The notes beneath the pieces were generated by a model, which saw nothing but the letters and a program-made list of their open reading frames with translations, was not told the origin of the DNA and did no database searches. The translations under genes were made by a program, and so were the position numbers. 64,000 nt of DNA from Klebsiella phage phiKp_32, in the sequence record LC768500.1, one strand, 5' to 3'. Below are positions 28,140 to 37,320 of this stretch, piece after piece (within the stretch, counting starts at the first letter, position 1; the number at the start of each line of letters is the position of its first letter).

Positions 28140-28550
28140 ATGTCAGCTGGTGTTATTAGCAAGAACATGTGGGTGAGTCTACTCTCTAAAGCCCTCAACG
28201 CCGATGCAAGTGTATTAGAATCTCAGACGTTTGTTTTTTCGCCGAGTAGCTCTGACGACCTAGTTAGAATTAGCGACGTTAGAGGTCCCGATTCCCCCGT
28301 TGTAATGAAGAAGTTTGATTTCGGCAAACTCACCTACGGGAGAAAGTTCGACGTTCGGCACATTCTTCAGGATTCTGAAAACAAAACAGCCGATGAGATT
28401 TTTGACTATTGGAAGAAATTGGTGCGACTCGATGACCTTGATCGCGGCGAGGTTGATTTGGTTAAAGACGAGTCGATCCTTTATATCTATTTCAAATCTT
28501 CATCTATCTGTTTCAAAGGAAGCGTTGAGGTGACGTATGCGGATCGGTAA
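28140..28550 (+). CDS. hypothetical protein
   Basis: ORF with an RBS. Confidence 0.4.
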   Translation: MSAGVISKNMWVSLLSKALNADASVLESQTFVFSPSSSDDLVRISDVRGPDSPVVMKKFDFGKLTYGRKFDVRHILQDSENKTADEIFDYWKKLVRLDDLDRGEVDLVKDESILYIYFKSSSICFKGSVEVTYADR

Positions 28551-29877
28551 TTATTTATTTCAAAACATACGTACCGCTTTGACCCTATTAGGTATTGTGT
28601 TTCAGATTCAAACGAGGAAACCTACTCAAGAAGAGTCAGATATTCTCGTTAACGGATTCAGGGAACTTGACGTTTCGCCTGCAGTTTATCAAGAAAACGC
28701 ATTACTGGCCTTACAGCTAGTGATTAAACGTTATATAGAGGATCTGGAAGCGTCCTTCTATGAACTTAGTCAATTGCACGGATTAGTCCCAAAATCTCTT
28801 CATAACGTGTTAGGGGAGCTTATAGAGGGAATTAGGAAAACAAACAGCGACGACCTTGTGGAATATTTCGATGAGGGGTTGTTAAAAGAACAATCCATTC
28901 GTAGTTTGTTTACACCTATCCCTGAAGACGAACTGGTCGAATCGGAACATTACGAGACGCTCAAAAGCATTTATAACGAAACCGTTACCAATCTCCTCAA
29001 CGAATTGGAAGAGGACATTGATCCTTCGATTCTTCCGGTAATAGAAGATGGAGTACGCGATCTTAATTTGATCGAATTTATTTTACAGTATTTCGAATTG
29101 TCTAATTACGACAATGTCTCGGAGGAAGAGATGAAATATAGTCAGGTTAAAGCCAAGCTTGATGAAATTGAAACTGCGGTCATTAGCGGGGCGGAAGAAT
29201 TCAAAACGCTCATTAATGATTCTCCAGTATCGGGAATGGAAGCGGGGTTCGTCGATACCGTTAAAGCCGGGATTGCCAAAGTCGTTGACACCATCAAAAC
29301 CGCACTGAAAACCCTTCTCGATTTCTTTGCTGGACGTAAGAAAGATGCTGCTAGTCAGATCGCAGATATCAAAGAGAAGTTCAATAAACAAATCGAAGAT
29401 CTAAAGGCCGCTGGTAACGATAAGCTTGAGATCGATCAAGAGAATATCAAGAAAACCATTGATATGTTGGAGAAGGCTGATCTTAGCGAAGTCGCCAATC
29501 ATTTCAAAGGGGTGAACGATGCAACAGGTGCTATCTCAGCGTACACCGCGGCATTGTCTGATCTGGAAAAACTCTGCAAGCCGGATGACGCCGATAAACA
29601 ATTGGGGGATACGCAAAGTAAACTCAATGAACTTTCCGGGACTCAGGTCAACGTGAACAACGACGCGCCAGCAGAAGAGAAGTCAACCCTGAAAGAGGTC
29701 GTTGGTGAGCGCACCAAAGCTCTACAAGAGAAGTTCGCAGAAGCCAAAGAGAGTGTGAAGAATTTTATCAAACCTCTGTCCGCTATGGAGCGTCTCAATA
29801 GTACTCTGGGTAAAGTCATCAAAAAGAAATCAGAGAAGGAAGAAAAAGTCTCTGGTAACGAAGCCTGGATGGAGTAA
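28537..29877 (+). CDS. hypothetical protein (446 aa, E/K-rich helical)
   Basis: ORF with a GAGGTG RBS. Confidence 0.45.
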   Translation: MRIGNYLFQNIRTALTLLGIVFQIQTRKPTQEESDILVNGFRELDVSPAVYQENALLALQLVIKRYIEDLEASFYELSQLHGLVPKSLHNVLGELIEGIRKTNSDDLVEYFDEGLLKEQSIRSLFTPIPEDELVESEHYETLKSIYNETVTNLLNELEEDIDPSILPVIEDGVRDLNLIEFILQYFELSNYDNVSEEEMKYSQVKAKLDEIETAVISGAEEFKTLINDSPVSGMEAGFVDTVKAGIAKVVDTIKTALKTLLDFFAGRKKDAASQIADIKEKFNKQIEDLKAAGNDKLEIDQENIKKTIDMLEKADLSEVANHFKGVNDATGAISAYTAALSDLEKLCKPDDADKQLGDTQSKLNELSGTQVNVNNDAPAEEKSTLKEVVGERTKALQEKFAEAKESVKNFIKPLSAMERLNSTLGKVIKKKSEKEEKVSGNEAWME

Positions 29878-29883
29878 AGAGAA

Positions 29884-30672
29884 ATGATTAATTCTGCTTT
29901 CACTCCCGGATTTTTAGCAGTGTTGGGTTCGCAATACACTCTTACTGATATCCAATCTGTAGACGACACCACGAGTGAACTCAAAGCAACTTTAGGGGAA
30001 ACTCCAAAAACCTTTAGATTCCCAAAAATGGATATTGGGGATATGTTTGTCGGCGCTCCCCTTATCAGCTTTGGCACTCCCGGTGAGCTCATTAACGACG
30101 TGATCGCCAGAGCCATGAACCATCATGAAGCTGGATTAGTTAGCGGCGTGGATTTCGATTTAGGTGAAGAGCAATTAGATTTCCAAGAAGGTACAAGCGT
30201 TTACCTTAATGTTAAGATACTCTCTTCATCTTTGATGTACAAAGGGAGCTTCGGACTAACCATTTATCGTGCTGACCTGTCGCCGCTCACCCAACCCATT
30301 GAACGTGATCTGACATCAACGATTCCTGATTACTCTTCACTGGACTGGATGGTGTATCTCAGTACTCGGATTTTTAATGTCGAGTACGATATTGAAATCG
30401 GCGATGTCATTCCTGAGTCTTGGAAAACCCCACTGTGGCCATTGCTTTACACCATGGATCAGGCTTTCAATATCGACGATGTGTTGGACGCGATTACGGG
30501 TTCCGAAGTGCTGGAAAAATACACGGATGAAATTTCCAACCTGTCGGTGATCAAGTTAGAGAGCGGAGAACTCACCCTTCGGTACACCTTTGACAAGACC
30601 CAGACCGTAACCTACATTACCGATTTTGAACTCCCCGGCGACCCAGCTATCACTGACGCGTTACTCCCTTAA
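29884..30672 (+). CDS. hypothetical protein
   Basis: ORF followed by a terminator. Confidence 0.45.
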   Translation: MINSAFTPGFLAVLGSQYTLTDIQSVDDTTSELKATLGETPKTFRFPKMDIGDMFVGAPLISFGTPGELINDVIARAMNHHEAGLVSGVDFDLGEEQLDFQEGTSVYLNVKILSSSLMYKGSFGLTIYRADLSPLTQPIERDLTSTIPDYSSLDWMVYLSTRIFNVEYDIEIGDVIPESWKTPLWPLLYTMDQAFNIDDVLDAITGSEVLEKYTDEISNLSVIKLESGELTLRYTFDKTQTVTYITDFELPGDPAITDALLP

Positions 30673-30677
30673 CAACG

Positions 30678-30725
30678 AGAATCTGGCCCCAGAAAGGCCA
30701 GATTCTATGACCTTATATTTTTAAT
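30678..30725 (+). terminator. rho-independent terminator
   Basis: 11-bp stem AGAATCTGGCC-CCAGAAA-GGCCAGATTCT, followed by an AT-rich T tract. Confidence 0.55.
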
Positions 30726-30741
30726 AGAAGAGGACGTTATT

Positions 30742-32256
30742 GTGCTCAGAACGTTTGTAAAGGCAGGGGAAACGTACCGTAACGCTCTTTATCCTGCAAT
30801 CATCGAATCCCTTCGTCGGGTTTTAGAATTCTACTCGCTGACAGGGATTGACAAAGTGTATTTCAACGGCGATGCAGAAGTCTCTAAGCAACTTTTTTCT
30901 GACATCGATAGTGGAGTAAGGGCGGACAGACAAACCGATTTCAAATTAATCAATAAACTTTATATCGTCACCGAAGAGCAACCTTCCGTCTTTAACAATG
31001 GTTACGGTAATGCCCAGAGAACGATTACCAACAGACCGGTGTGGAAGACGGACGACGATAAAGTTATGATCATCCCTACCTACGATGGAAGAGAGATCAC
31101 GGTTGATGTTAACGCCCACTTCAGGACAAGGCAAGAAGCCCGTAATTTCCGTAACAGTTTAGAGCAGGCTAGAAATCGTCAGGCTAACGACCTTAATTTC
31201 AACGCCCACGTCCATTACCCGCTGAACCTGGAAATTATCTACTTCCTTACCACCATTCACAAACGGTTAGTGAACGCAGGCCAGGTTACCGATGAGTTTG
31301 CCCCATGGTTCTTTAAGAATGCGTGCATGCCATTCACCACGATAACTAACCCGGCCGGGAATAACACTCAGGTCGTTTTACAACAAAGACGTGATGAGAT
31401 TGGGATATTCTTTGAAGAACCCACTATTGCGTTGACCCGTAAATCCAACGAATATCTGGGCCGGTACGAAGTTTCTTTCCGTTATAAGTTCTACTGGAAC
31501 GAACAGACCGATTGGGACTTGCGTTACCCTCTAATGATCTATCAACAGCCGTTAGATCAAATGTACATGCCTAAACCTCAGTTGGGTTACCGGAATGGGT
31601 TTAACCCCCATGCTTTTGTAGAGTTGGGTATGATTAACTTGTTGCTGAAAAGCAGGACAAAACATTCACCTTACTATCAGCGAATTCCGGAATACGACAT
31701 GTGGGTTCCACCAGGACAACGTTGGTTAGACACGCAGTTAACAATCGCGATTACGGTTCGAGACGAGGCGAACGTCCCTCTTATTAATATCGTTAATGAT
31801 ATTCCTAATTGGACCTGGGATGACGACTTCTTGGAACACATGTTAAAGTATCGCGAAAACCTCTTCACCCGCCATGAAGACATTTTCCATATTCAGGTTT
31901 ATTCTGATGACATTTTAGTGCTTCCAGAACAACTCAGTATGGATGAGGAAGGGAACATACTTCTTAATCGTAAACCGACGATGGGTAATGTATATCGGGT
32001 CGTTATTTTTGTTGACTGTAATTTAAAAGAATTCAGCGATCAAAATAACCAAAACATATTGGACGATGAAAATTATCTCTACGTCGTCATCCCTAAATTA
32101 TTCCCTTGGTATAAGTGGGATAAGTTCCCGGTGAATACGTCTAACGACCTTGTCAGGATGATAGACGAATCGGGATTAGGGGATATGGGCGGGTTAAGAG
32201 AACCAGTGCCAATGTATATGATGAATAACAGCCTAGCGGCCTATAGGGAGAATTAA
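30742..32256 (+). CDS. hypothetical protein (504 aa)
   Basis: GTG start with an AGAGGA RBS. Confidence 0.45.
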   Translation: MLRTFVKAGETYRNALYPAIIESLRRVLEFYSLTGIDKVYFNGDAEVSKQLFSDIDSGVRADRQTDFKLINKLYIVTEEQPSVFNNGYGNAQRTITNRPVWKTDDDKVMIIPTYDGREITVDVNAHFRTRQEARNFRNSLEQARNRQANDLNFNAHVHYPLNLEIIYFLTTIHKRLVNAGQVTDEFAPWFFKNACMPFTTITNPAGNNTQVVLQQRRDEIGIFFEEPTIALTRKSNEYLGRYEVSFRYKFYWNEQTDWDLRYPLMIYQQPLDQMYMPKPQLGYRNGFNPHAFVELGMINLLLKSRTKHSPYYQRIPEYDMWVPPGQRWLDTQLTIAITVRDEANVPLINIVNDIPNWTWDDDFLEHMLKYRENLFTRHEDIFHIQVYSDDILVLPEQLSMDEEGNILLNRKPTMGNVYRVVIFVDCNLKEFSDQNNQNILDDENYLYVVIPKLFPWYKWDKFPVNTSNDLVRMIDESGLGDMGGLREPVPMYMMNNSLAAYREN

Positions 32257-32259
32257 GAA

Positions 32260-33555
32260 ATGGGTGTGTTCACTCCAGGTACCGGTGATAATCCCACCGT
32301 AACGACCGCTGAAGGACCTAAGATTTATGCTGATGACTATAAGTCCAGTATCGTCGATTCCGTCTATGTGCACGGGACGAGCTTACTGACTTTTGTTACA
32401 GGTACTCCAGTAAGGACACAATACTACCGCCAATATCTTGGCGCTGATGAAGTTCCCGTCGGGCCACAGTTAGATGATATAAACACCTACCAGTCCTATA
32501 CTCGAATCAACGACCTCATCATGAAATTCGAGGGTAAGCCGGCGTATTCATTTGACACCGATACCGCCGAATCAACAGAGACGGGTGGAGCTTACGTCAT
32601 TTTTGATCTGAACCCAATTCAGGGTGATGTTTTTATCCGGGATATTGGTGACGGTCGTGCGGGTATTTACGTCGTAGAAGGCCAACCTGAACTTCGTAGC
32701 TACGCAGCGGATAAAGTCTATTTTATCCAGTTCAAACTCATCGGTTTGATGACCCAAGCTATAGAAGACAATTTTAATAGTAAAGTCGTCAGGGAATATT
32801 ACTATTCCAAAGATTCCGCTCTAAAAGGTGGGAACGCACTGCTATCTAAAGACCGTTTAGATGGCGTCAAAGAACTGATGCGGCTGTCCTTCGCCATTAC
32901 GCAGCAGCTGTTACGTAAGAACTATTTTAACCCTGAAGAAACTATCACGTTTAAGAACGAAGAAGACGGTTTTGTTTATTACGATCCTTACTTGACGAGA
33001 TTCCTTACGTATGTTTTACCTTACCGAGAATTCCTCGGGGTCAAACCTATTAATCTCATCAATACTCAGGTGGGCGTTAAACACAACTATAACGACCAGC
33101 TTACGGTTTACGACGCGCTTCTCCAAATGAATAAGGATCTGCTTGCTGTTGTACCGCGTAAGATGTACGTTTATTCTCGTCGTCAGTTCTTCGGAACCCG
33201 GACATACGGCTCTCCGTTGATGACGAAAATAGACCGTTTCTATCAGGTGGAGAAACTCGAGTTCGATGGCATTCAGCGACTTAATTTACCTGTTAACGGT
33301 TATATCCTTTATCCTGACCCGGAACCGGGTAGTGAAGAGGATTTCTATTTCAGCGCTGGTTTCTTTGACGGGGTTCCGGCTAATGAATTTGAACGTTTAA
33401 CGCTGGACTTTTTCTTTAACAAAGTCAGAGATCGGGATGCGTTGCTGGCGTACGCTAAAACGGTATTAACGTTACCCGATAAAGATCTGGCTTATCAGGG
33501 CGGGGTTGTGGTGGCTATGATAGAACTATCCCGCAGAGTTTTAACTGGAGAATAA
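32260..33555 (+). CDS. hypothetical protein (431 aa)
   Basis: ORF with a GGGAG RBS. Confidence 0.45.
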   Translation: MGVFTPGTGDNPTVTTAEGPKIYADDYKSSIVDSVYVHGTSLLTFVTGTPVRTQYYRQYLGADEVPVGPQLDDINTYQSYTRINDLIMKFEGKPAYSFDTDTAESTETGGAYVIFDLNPIQGDVFIRDIGDGRAGIYVVEGQPELRSYAADKVYFIQFKLIGLMTQAIEDNFNSKVVREYYYSKDSALKGGNALLSKDRLDGVKELMRLSFAITQQLLRKNYFNPEETITFKNEEDGFVYYDPYLTRFLTYVLPYREFLGVKPINLINTQVGVKHNYNDQLTVYDALLQMNKDLLAVVPRKMYVYSRRQFFGTRTYGSPLMTKIDRFYQVEKLEFDGIQRLNLPVNGYILYPDPEPGSEEDFYFSAGFFDGVPANEFERLTLDFFFNKVRDRDALLAYAKTVLTLPDKDLAYQGGVVVAMIELSRRVLTGE

Positions 33556-33557
33556 TC

Positions 33558-34220
33558 ATGATCGAGCTCTTTCGTTATAAAGAGATTAGGAAGTCACTTA
33601 TTGCCCAACACGACATTATCGTTAATCGCAATTATCGTGTGTCTTTTCCTCGGCAATACTTAATGTCCTTGGATCAATTGGAGAACCGAGAAATCGTCCG
33701 TATGACGAGTGTGATCGATCCGGATTCACACACTCGGCCTTCCCCCATGACTGTGACGTTAGAGCGAGTTATCGATATTCTCAAACGGCTTCCTGATAGT
33801 AGGATACTCGCATTTAAACACAGCAGGGACGCACTGGAGATTTACGAAACTATTCAGGGGTATCTCAACAATTGGATAGAGATCATTTTAGAGGCCCCTG
33901 AATTCTCCTACCCTACGATCCAAGAGCTTTATGATTTGGAAAGTGTGGCCAAGTGGGCATTCCCGGTTTATCAACATGAAAAACGAATGATGTCGTTCAG
34001 GGAAAATAGGGATTTCAATAAGCAACAGTTCGCCCATCCTTTGCTAAGCCTGATTGGTGTGTTGAAGTCCGATGACGATGTTCCGTCATTTATCTCATTT
34101 TTGGATAACCGTCTTCCGCAACATCTCAAGGCTTATCGCAACGAAGAACTCTTTACGGAAGACTTAAAAGAAGTTCTTTCTTTTGACAACTCTTTATTTG
34201 GAATTAAGGGTGGGTTATGA
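33558..34220 (+). CDS. hypothetical protein
   Basis: ORF with a GGAG RBS. Confidence 0.45.
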   Translation: MIELFRYKEIRKSLIAQHDIIVNRNYRVSFPRQYLMSLDQLENREIVRMTSVIDPDSHTRPSPMTVTLERVIDILKRLPDSRILAFKHSRDALEIYETIQGYLNNWIEIILEAPEFSYPTIQELYDLESVAKWAFPVYQHEKRMMSFRENRDFNKQQFAHPLLSLIGVLKSDDDVPSFISFLDNRLPQHLKAYRNEELFTEDLKEVLSFDNSLFGIKGGL

Positions 34221-35563
34221 TACCCGTTAATATTAGTAACGTCTTAGAACAGGCGAAGCAGGTTGCCGCAACCAAACGCGCTACCATCTCTACGCTCGAG
34301 CTAACTCTTATAACCCCGGAATTACATTATCCCGTTCCTAACGTTCAGAGGCTCTCTAAGAGCTCTAATTTCTTGGAGGACGGGACGGATGTTTGGGCGA
34401 TTAACTTCTTGATGCAGCCTGGCGTTTTCTTAAAACAGATTCTTCCGTACAAAGATAACCTGCTCGTTGACTTAGTTGAGAGCACGGGACTCAATAGAAC
34501 ACTTCGTCGCCTTCGCGCGACAATTCCAATGGACGTTAATCCTCAAACCAGTTCGGATAACAGCGTCTATATTGATCCAGGCGTATTAGATCAAAACATG
34601 GTCGTTCCCGTCACGCTTATTTTGATCGATACAGTATACGAACAGTTACGTAACCAACCACTACTTGATAATTACTTAATGGCTACAACCAAAGACGTTT
34701 TGCATAATGTCTGGAGTCAACAAGGTCACGCCATTCAGTCTAACGGGGTTAACAAGTTTAAAGGAGTTGACATTGAAGAACCCACCGATAACCCTAGAGT
34801 TTATCGGCAGATTATGGTCAAGCACGGGACGCGCCTGACTCGTTTCGCGGACTATCTTCAGAATGAAGAAGGGCTGGGAATTTATACCCGTGGGTGCGGG
34901 TCTTTCTATCGAGACGGAATTTGGTACGTCTTTCCTATTTGTAAGCCCGAAAGATACGGTGCGGTGAAAAAGTCCTTAGATATTTATAAGTTCCCTGAGG
35001 ACGTTTTACCAGTAACAGAGCAAACGTATGGGACGACGGCGAACTCCACGTTAATACTTTCTACAGGTCCATCTAAATTGCTTGACGGTACTGATAACCT
35101 GAGACAGAATTTTGGTGCTGGTCAACAGATCATTTCTTCGGATGCGATTTCAGGAGAAGCTGGGTCACACTATAACAACGGAGCGAGTGTCACTCTACGA
35201 GCAGAGAAAGTGACTGAATACAGAACCACGCAGCGTGCTTCGGGGCAGGAGCTTATCGACATCAACCCCACTCCTACCAATAATGTTTTTAAAGAGATAA
35301 CTAAAAACGCCATGAGGGACTGCAAGGTACTGGAATTGAATTGGAGTAACTCCAATCCTTTTCTCATTACCCCAGGGGCGCCGGTTAAGTATTATTTCCT
35401 TAATGAACAAGGGACCCTCACCATCCAGGAAGGTACGGTAATATCGGAGCAGACCACCTATTACTCTGATTCGACCAGACCCCTCACACCGTTTAGAAAG
35501 AACTCTGTTCTGACCATACTCCTGCTCCCTATTCAGAATAGCACGATAACCCCGAACAATTAA
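34217..35563 (+). CDS. hypothetical protein (448 aa)
   Basis: ATGA overlap with the upstream gene. Confidence 0.45.
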   Translation: MIPVNISNVLEQAKQVAATKRATISTLELTLITPELHYPVPNVQRLSKSSNFLEDGTDVWAINFLMQPGVFLKQILPYKDNLLVDLVESTGLNRTLRRLRATIPMDVNPQTSSDNSVYIDPGVLDQNMVVPVTLILIDTVYEQLRNQPLLDNYLMATTKDVLHNVWSQQGHAIQSNGVNKFKGVDIEEPTDNPRVYRQIMVKHGTRLTRFADYLQNEEGLGIYTRGCGSFYRDGIWYVFPICKPERYGAVKKSLDIYKFPEDVLPVTEQTYGTTANSTLILSTGPSKLLDGTDNLRQNFGAGQQIISSDAISGEAGSHYNNGASVTLRAEKVTEYRTTQRASGQELIDINPTPTNNVFKEITKNAMRDCKVLELNWSNSNPFLITPGAPVKYYFLNEQGTLTIQEGTVISEQTTYYSDSTRPLTPFRKNSVLTILLLPIQNSTITPNN

Positions 35564-35566
35564 AAT

Positions 35567-35596
35567 TTGACATGGAGTTTTTTATAACACTATATG
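35567..35596 (+). promoter_or_regulatory. possible promoter element upstream of secreted-protein gene (TTGACA ... 18 nt ... TATATG; also contains CTATATG)
   Basis: TTGACA at 35567-35572, spacer 18 nt, weak -10 TATATG at 35591-35596. CTATAT(T)A-like motifs recur at 36204 and 41793. Confidence 0.2.
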
Positions 35597-35650
35597 ACCA
35601 CAGTGTATGAAAAACAAAATCTCATTTTTAATTTAATAGAGGAAATCATC

Positions 35651-36109
35651 ATGAAACGTTTTATCTCTGCGGCTATTCTTTCCGTTATTGCTATGAGTGC
35701 TACCGCAACTGAAAATACCAACATCTGGGGTTGTGTTACCAACGCTGGCAAAGTCGCCAGGGTTGATCTGGTAGAAGGAACTGGCGGCGTACAAGCAGTC
35801 TACACGTTCGGTAAGGCTGGGAGCGATCCTGAGCTCTCCGTTGCCAAGAAGCTCTCTGACGTTAAGTATACCGAGAAAGAAGCTTACGCCAACGGCATCC
35901 TGCAAACAACGTATTATCAGCTGACTTTCAATAATGGTCAGTACAGCTATATCACTGAACAGTTTAACAAGATCGCACGTCTTTACGTACTCAAGAACGA
36001 TAAAGTGATTTCGACTATTGAGTGCGAAGATATCATCGACGCGGGTGTTCTTGACAGCGAAAACATGATCAAAATCTTTCCTTACCATGAAAAGGTAAAG
36101 GATGAATAA
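35651..36109 (+). CDS. small secreted (signal-peptide) protein, moron candidate
   Basis: ATG at 35651 with an AGGAA RBS. N-terminus MKRFISAAILSVIAMSATA-TE is a typical Sec signal peptide. Two Cys residues. Followed by a terminator. Confidence 0.5.
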   Translation: MKRFISAAILSVIAMSATATENTNIWGCVTNAGKVARVDLVEGTGGVQAVYTFGKAGSDPELSVAKKLSDVKYTEKEAYANGILQTTYYQLTFNNGQYSYITEQFNKIARLYVLKNDKVISTIECEDIIDAGVLDSENMIKIFPYHEKVKDE

Positions 36110-36113
36110 ACCT

Positions 36114-36166
36114 CCTACCTCCACCCATAAGGGTGGAGGTAGGGTAACCTAATTTATTTTTTTTTA
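36114..36166 (+). terminator. rho-independent terminator
   Basis: 13-bp stem CCTACCTCCACCC-ATAA-GGGTGGAGGTAGG, followed by TTTATTTTTTTTTAT. Confidence 0.7.
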
Positions 36167-36232
36167 TCCTGCAAAATCGAAGTCCGGGACACTATCCTTA
36201 TTTAAACCTATATTACGACCTAATGAAACTTA

Positions 36233-37264
36233 ATGGTTTATCGGGAGCATTTAATGGGATCAAGTTTAAGGCGAGATTTAAAAGAATTAGAGGAACATCC
36301 TCATTTTAAGGGGTTCTATAAGTGTCTTAGAGATGGGAGATTATGGCTCAATCCAGATAGCAACAATTACGTTATTTTGGAGAAGGATGGGAAAACTAAG
36401 AAGTTTTTTCTTTCTAAGAGAACGTCCAAAGGAGCCAGAGAGTATTTGAGGGTAACTATTTACGATAGCGGGAAAGAGCAGAACTCCTATCTTTATCACG
36501 TTATCAATGCCGAAACATTTTTAATAAAGCCCGACATACCCGATAGAAAACTGGAAGTTAATCACAAGAATTCTGACAGATGGGACGGGAGAGTTGACAA
36601 TCTTGAATATGTGACATCGCAAGAAAACATACGCCACGCTGTTGAGGCTGGTTCTTTTAATACGTTATCGGGATTTATTATAGATTTAACTACTGGAGAT
36701 AAATATTTCTTTTTCAGTTATTCGAGATTAATAACCGACTGGGGTTTTGACAGGTCCTCGGCAGAAAGCTATTTAAAAACCGATATGTCAGTCCCGCTTC
36801 TGTTTAAATGGGGGATAGAATTTGTCGGAGGTAAAAAATGCACTCTGACCAATGAGGATGTCGGTAAGTTCAGGAGAACACCAAAGTCCCCGATAAAGAT
36901 TTTAAATAAATCAACTGGTGAGGTGTCATGGGCCGTTAGCATGAAGGATTGTGCAAAAAAGATAGACTGTTCTCCTAGATTAATACATAAATTATTCTTT
37001 GGAAAAAATTCCTTCAGGTTAAAACAATGGGAAATTTCTTTTATAAATAATTACGAGGATTTTTTAAAATATCATGAGTATAAATCCACCATCGGCAAGG
37101 TCGGGGGTGTGCCAAAACCTATTTTCTTTATTCATGATAAAACCGGGGAGAAACTATCTTTTAAAACCATTACTGAAGCCTCAAAATACTTTAAGATTAC
37201 AAGAGGGAATCTTTCATTCTTAAGAAAACGCGGAAGTAAATTTTTAGGTTATAGTATAATCTGA
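36233..37264 (+). mobile_element. free-standing HNH homing endonuclease gene island (low GC)
   Basis: About 36% GC against about 47% in the flanks. Bracketed by terminators at 36114 and 37266. Intergenic insertion between a moron gene and a convergent helicase gene. Confidence 0.5.
36254..37264 (+). CDS. HNH homing endonuclease
   Basis: EVNHKNSDRWDGRVDNLEYVTSQENIRHA matches the HNH_3 signature (NHKNG.k.DNR.eNLe..T..EN). ATG at 36254 with a GGGAG RBS. Confidence 0.75.
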   Translation: MGSSLRRDLKELEEHPHFKGFYKCLRDGRLWLNPDSNNYVILEKDGKTKKFFLSKRTSKGAREYLRVTIYDSGKEQNSYLYHVINAETFLIKPDIPDRKLEVNHKNSDRWDGRVDNLEYVTSQENIRHAVEAGSFNTLSGFIIDLTTGDKYFFFSYSRLITDWGFDRSSAESYLKTDMSVPLLFKWGIEFVGGKKCTLTNEDVGKFRRTPKSPIKILNKSTGEVSWAVSMKDCAKKIDCSPRLIHKLFFGKNSFRLKQWEISFINNYEDFLKYHEYKSTIGKVGGVPKPIFFIHDKTGEKLSFKTITEASKYFKITRGNLSFLRKRGSKFLGYSII

Positions 37265-37265
37265 T

Positions 37266-37320
37266 TCTATCCTTCCTCGCAAAAGCGAGGAAGGATAGAG
37301 GTATTTGTTTTTTTTTTTAC
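37266..37320 (+). terminator. rho-independent terminator
   Basis: 15-bp stem TCTATCCTTCCTCGC-AAAA-GCGAGGAAGGATAGA, followed by TTTGTTTTTTTTTTT. Confidence 0.7.

Noticed and set aside
35567-35596. Sigma70-like promoter TTGACA-18-TATATG as a host-RNAP promoter
   Set aside because: The -10 hexamer is poor (no terminal T). PhiKZ-like phages transcribe independently of host RNAP. It is kept only as a low-confidence regulatory candidate.
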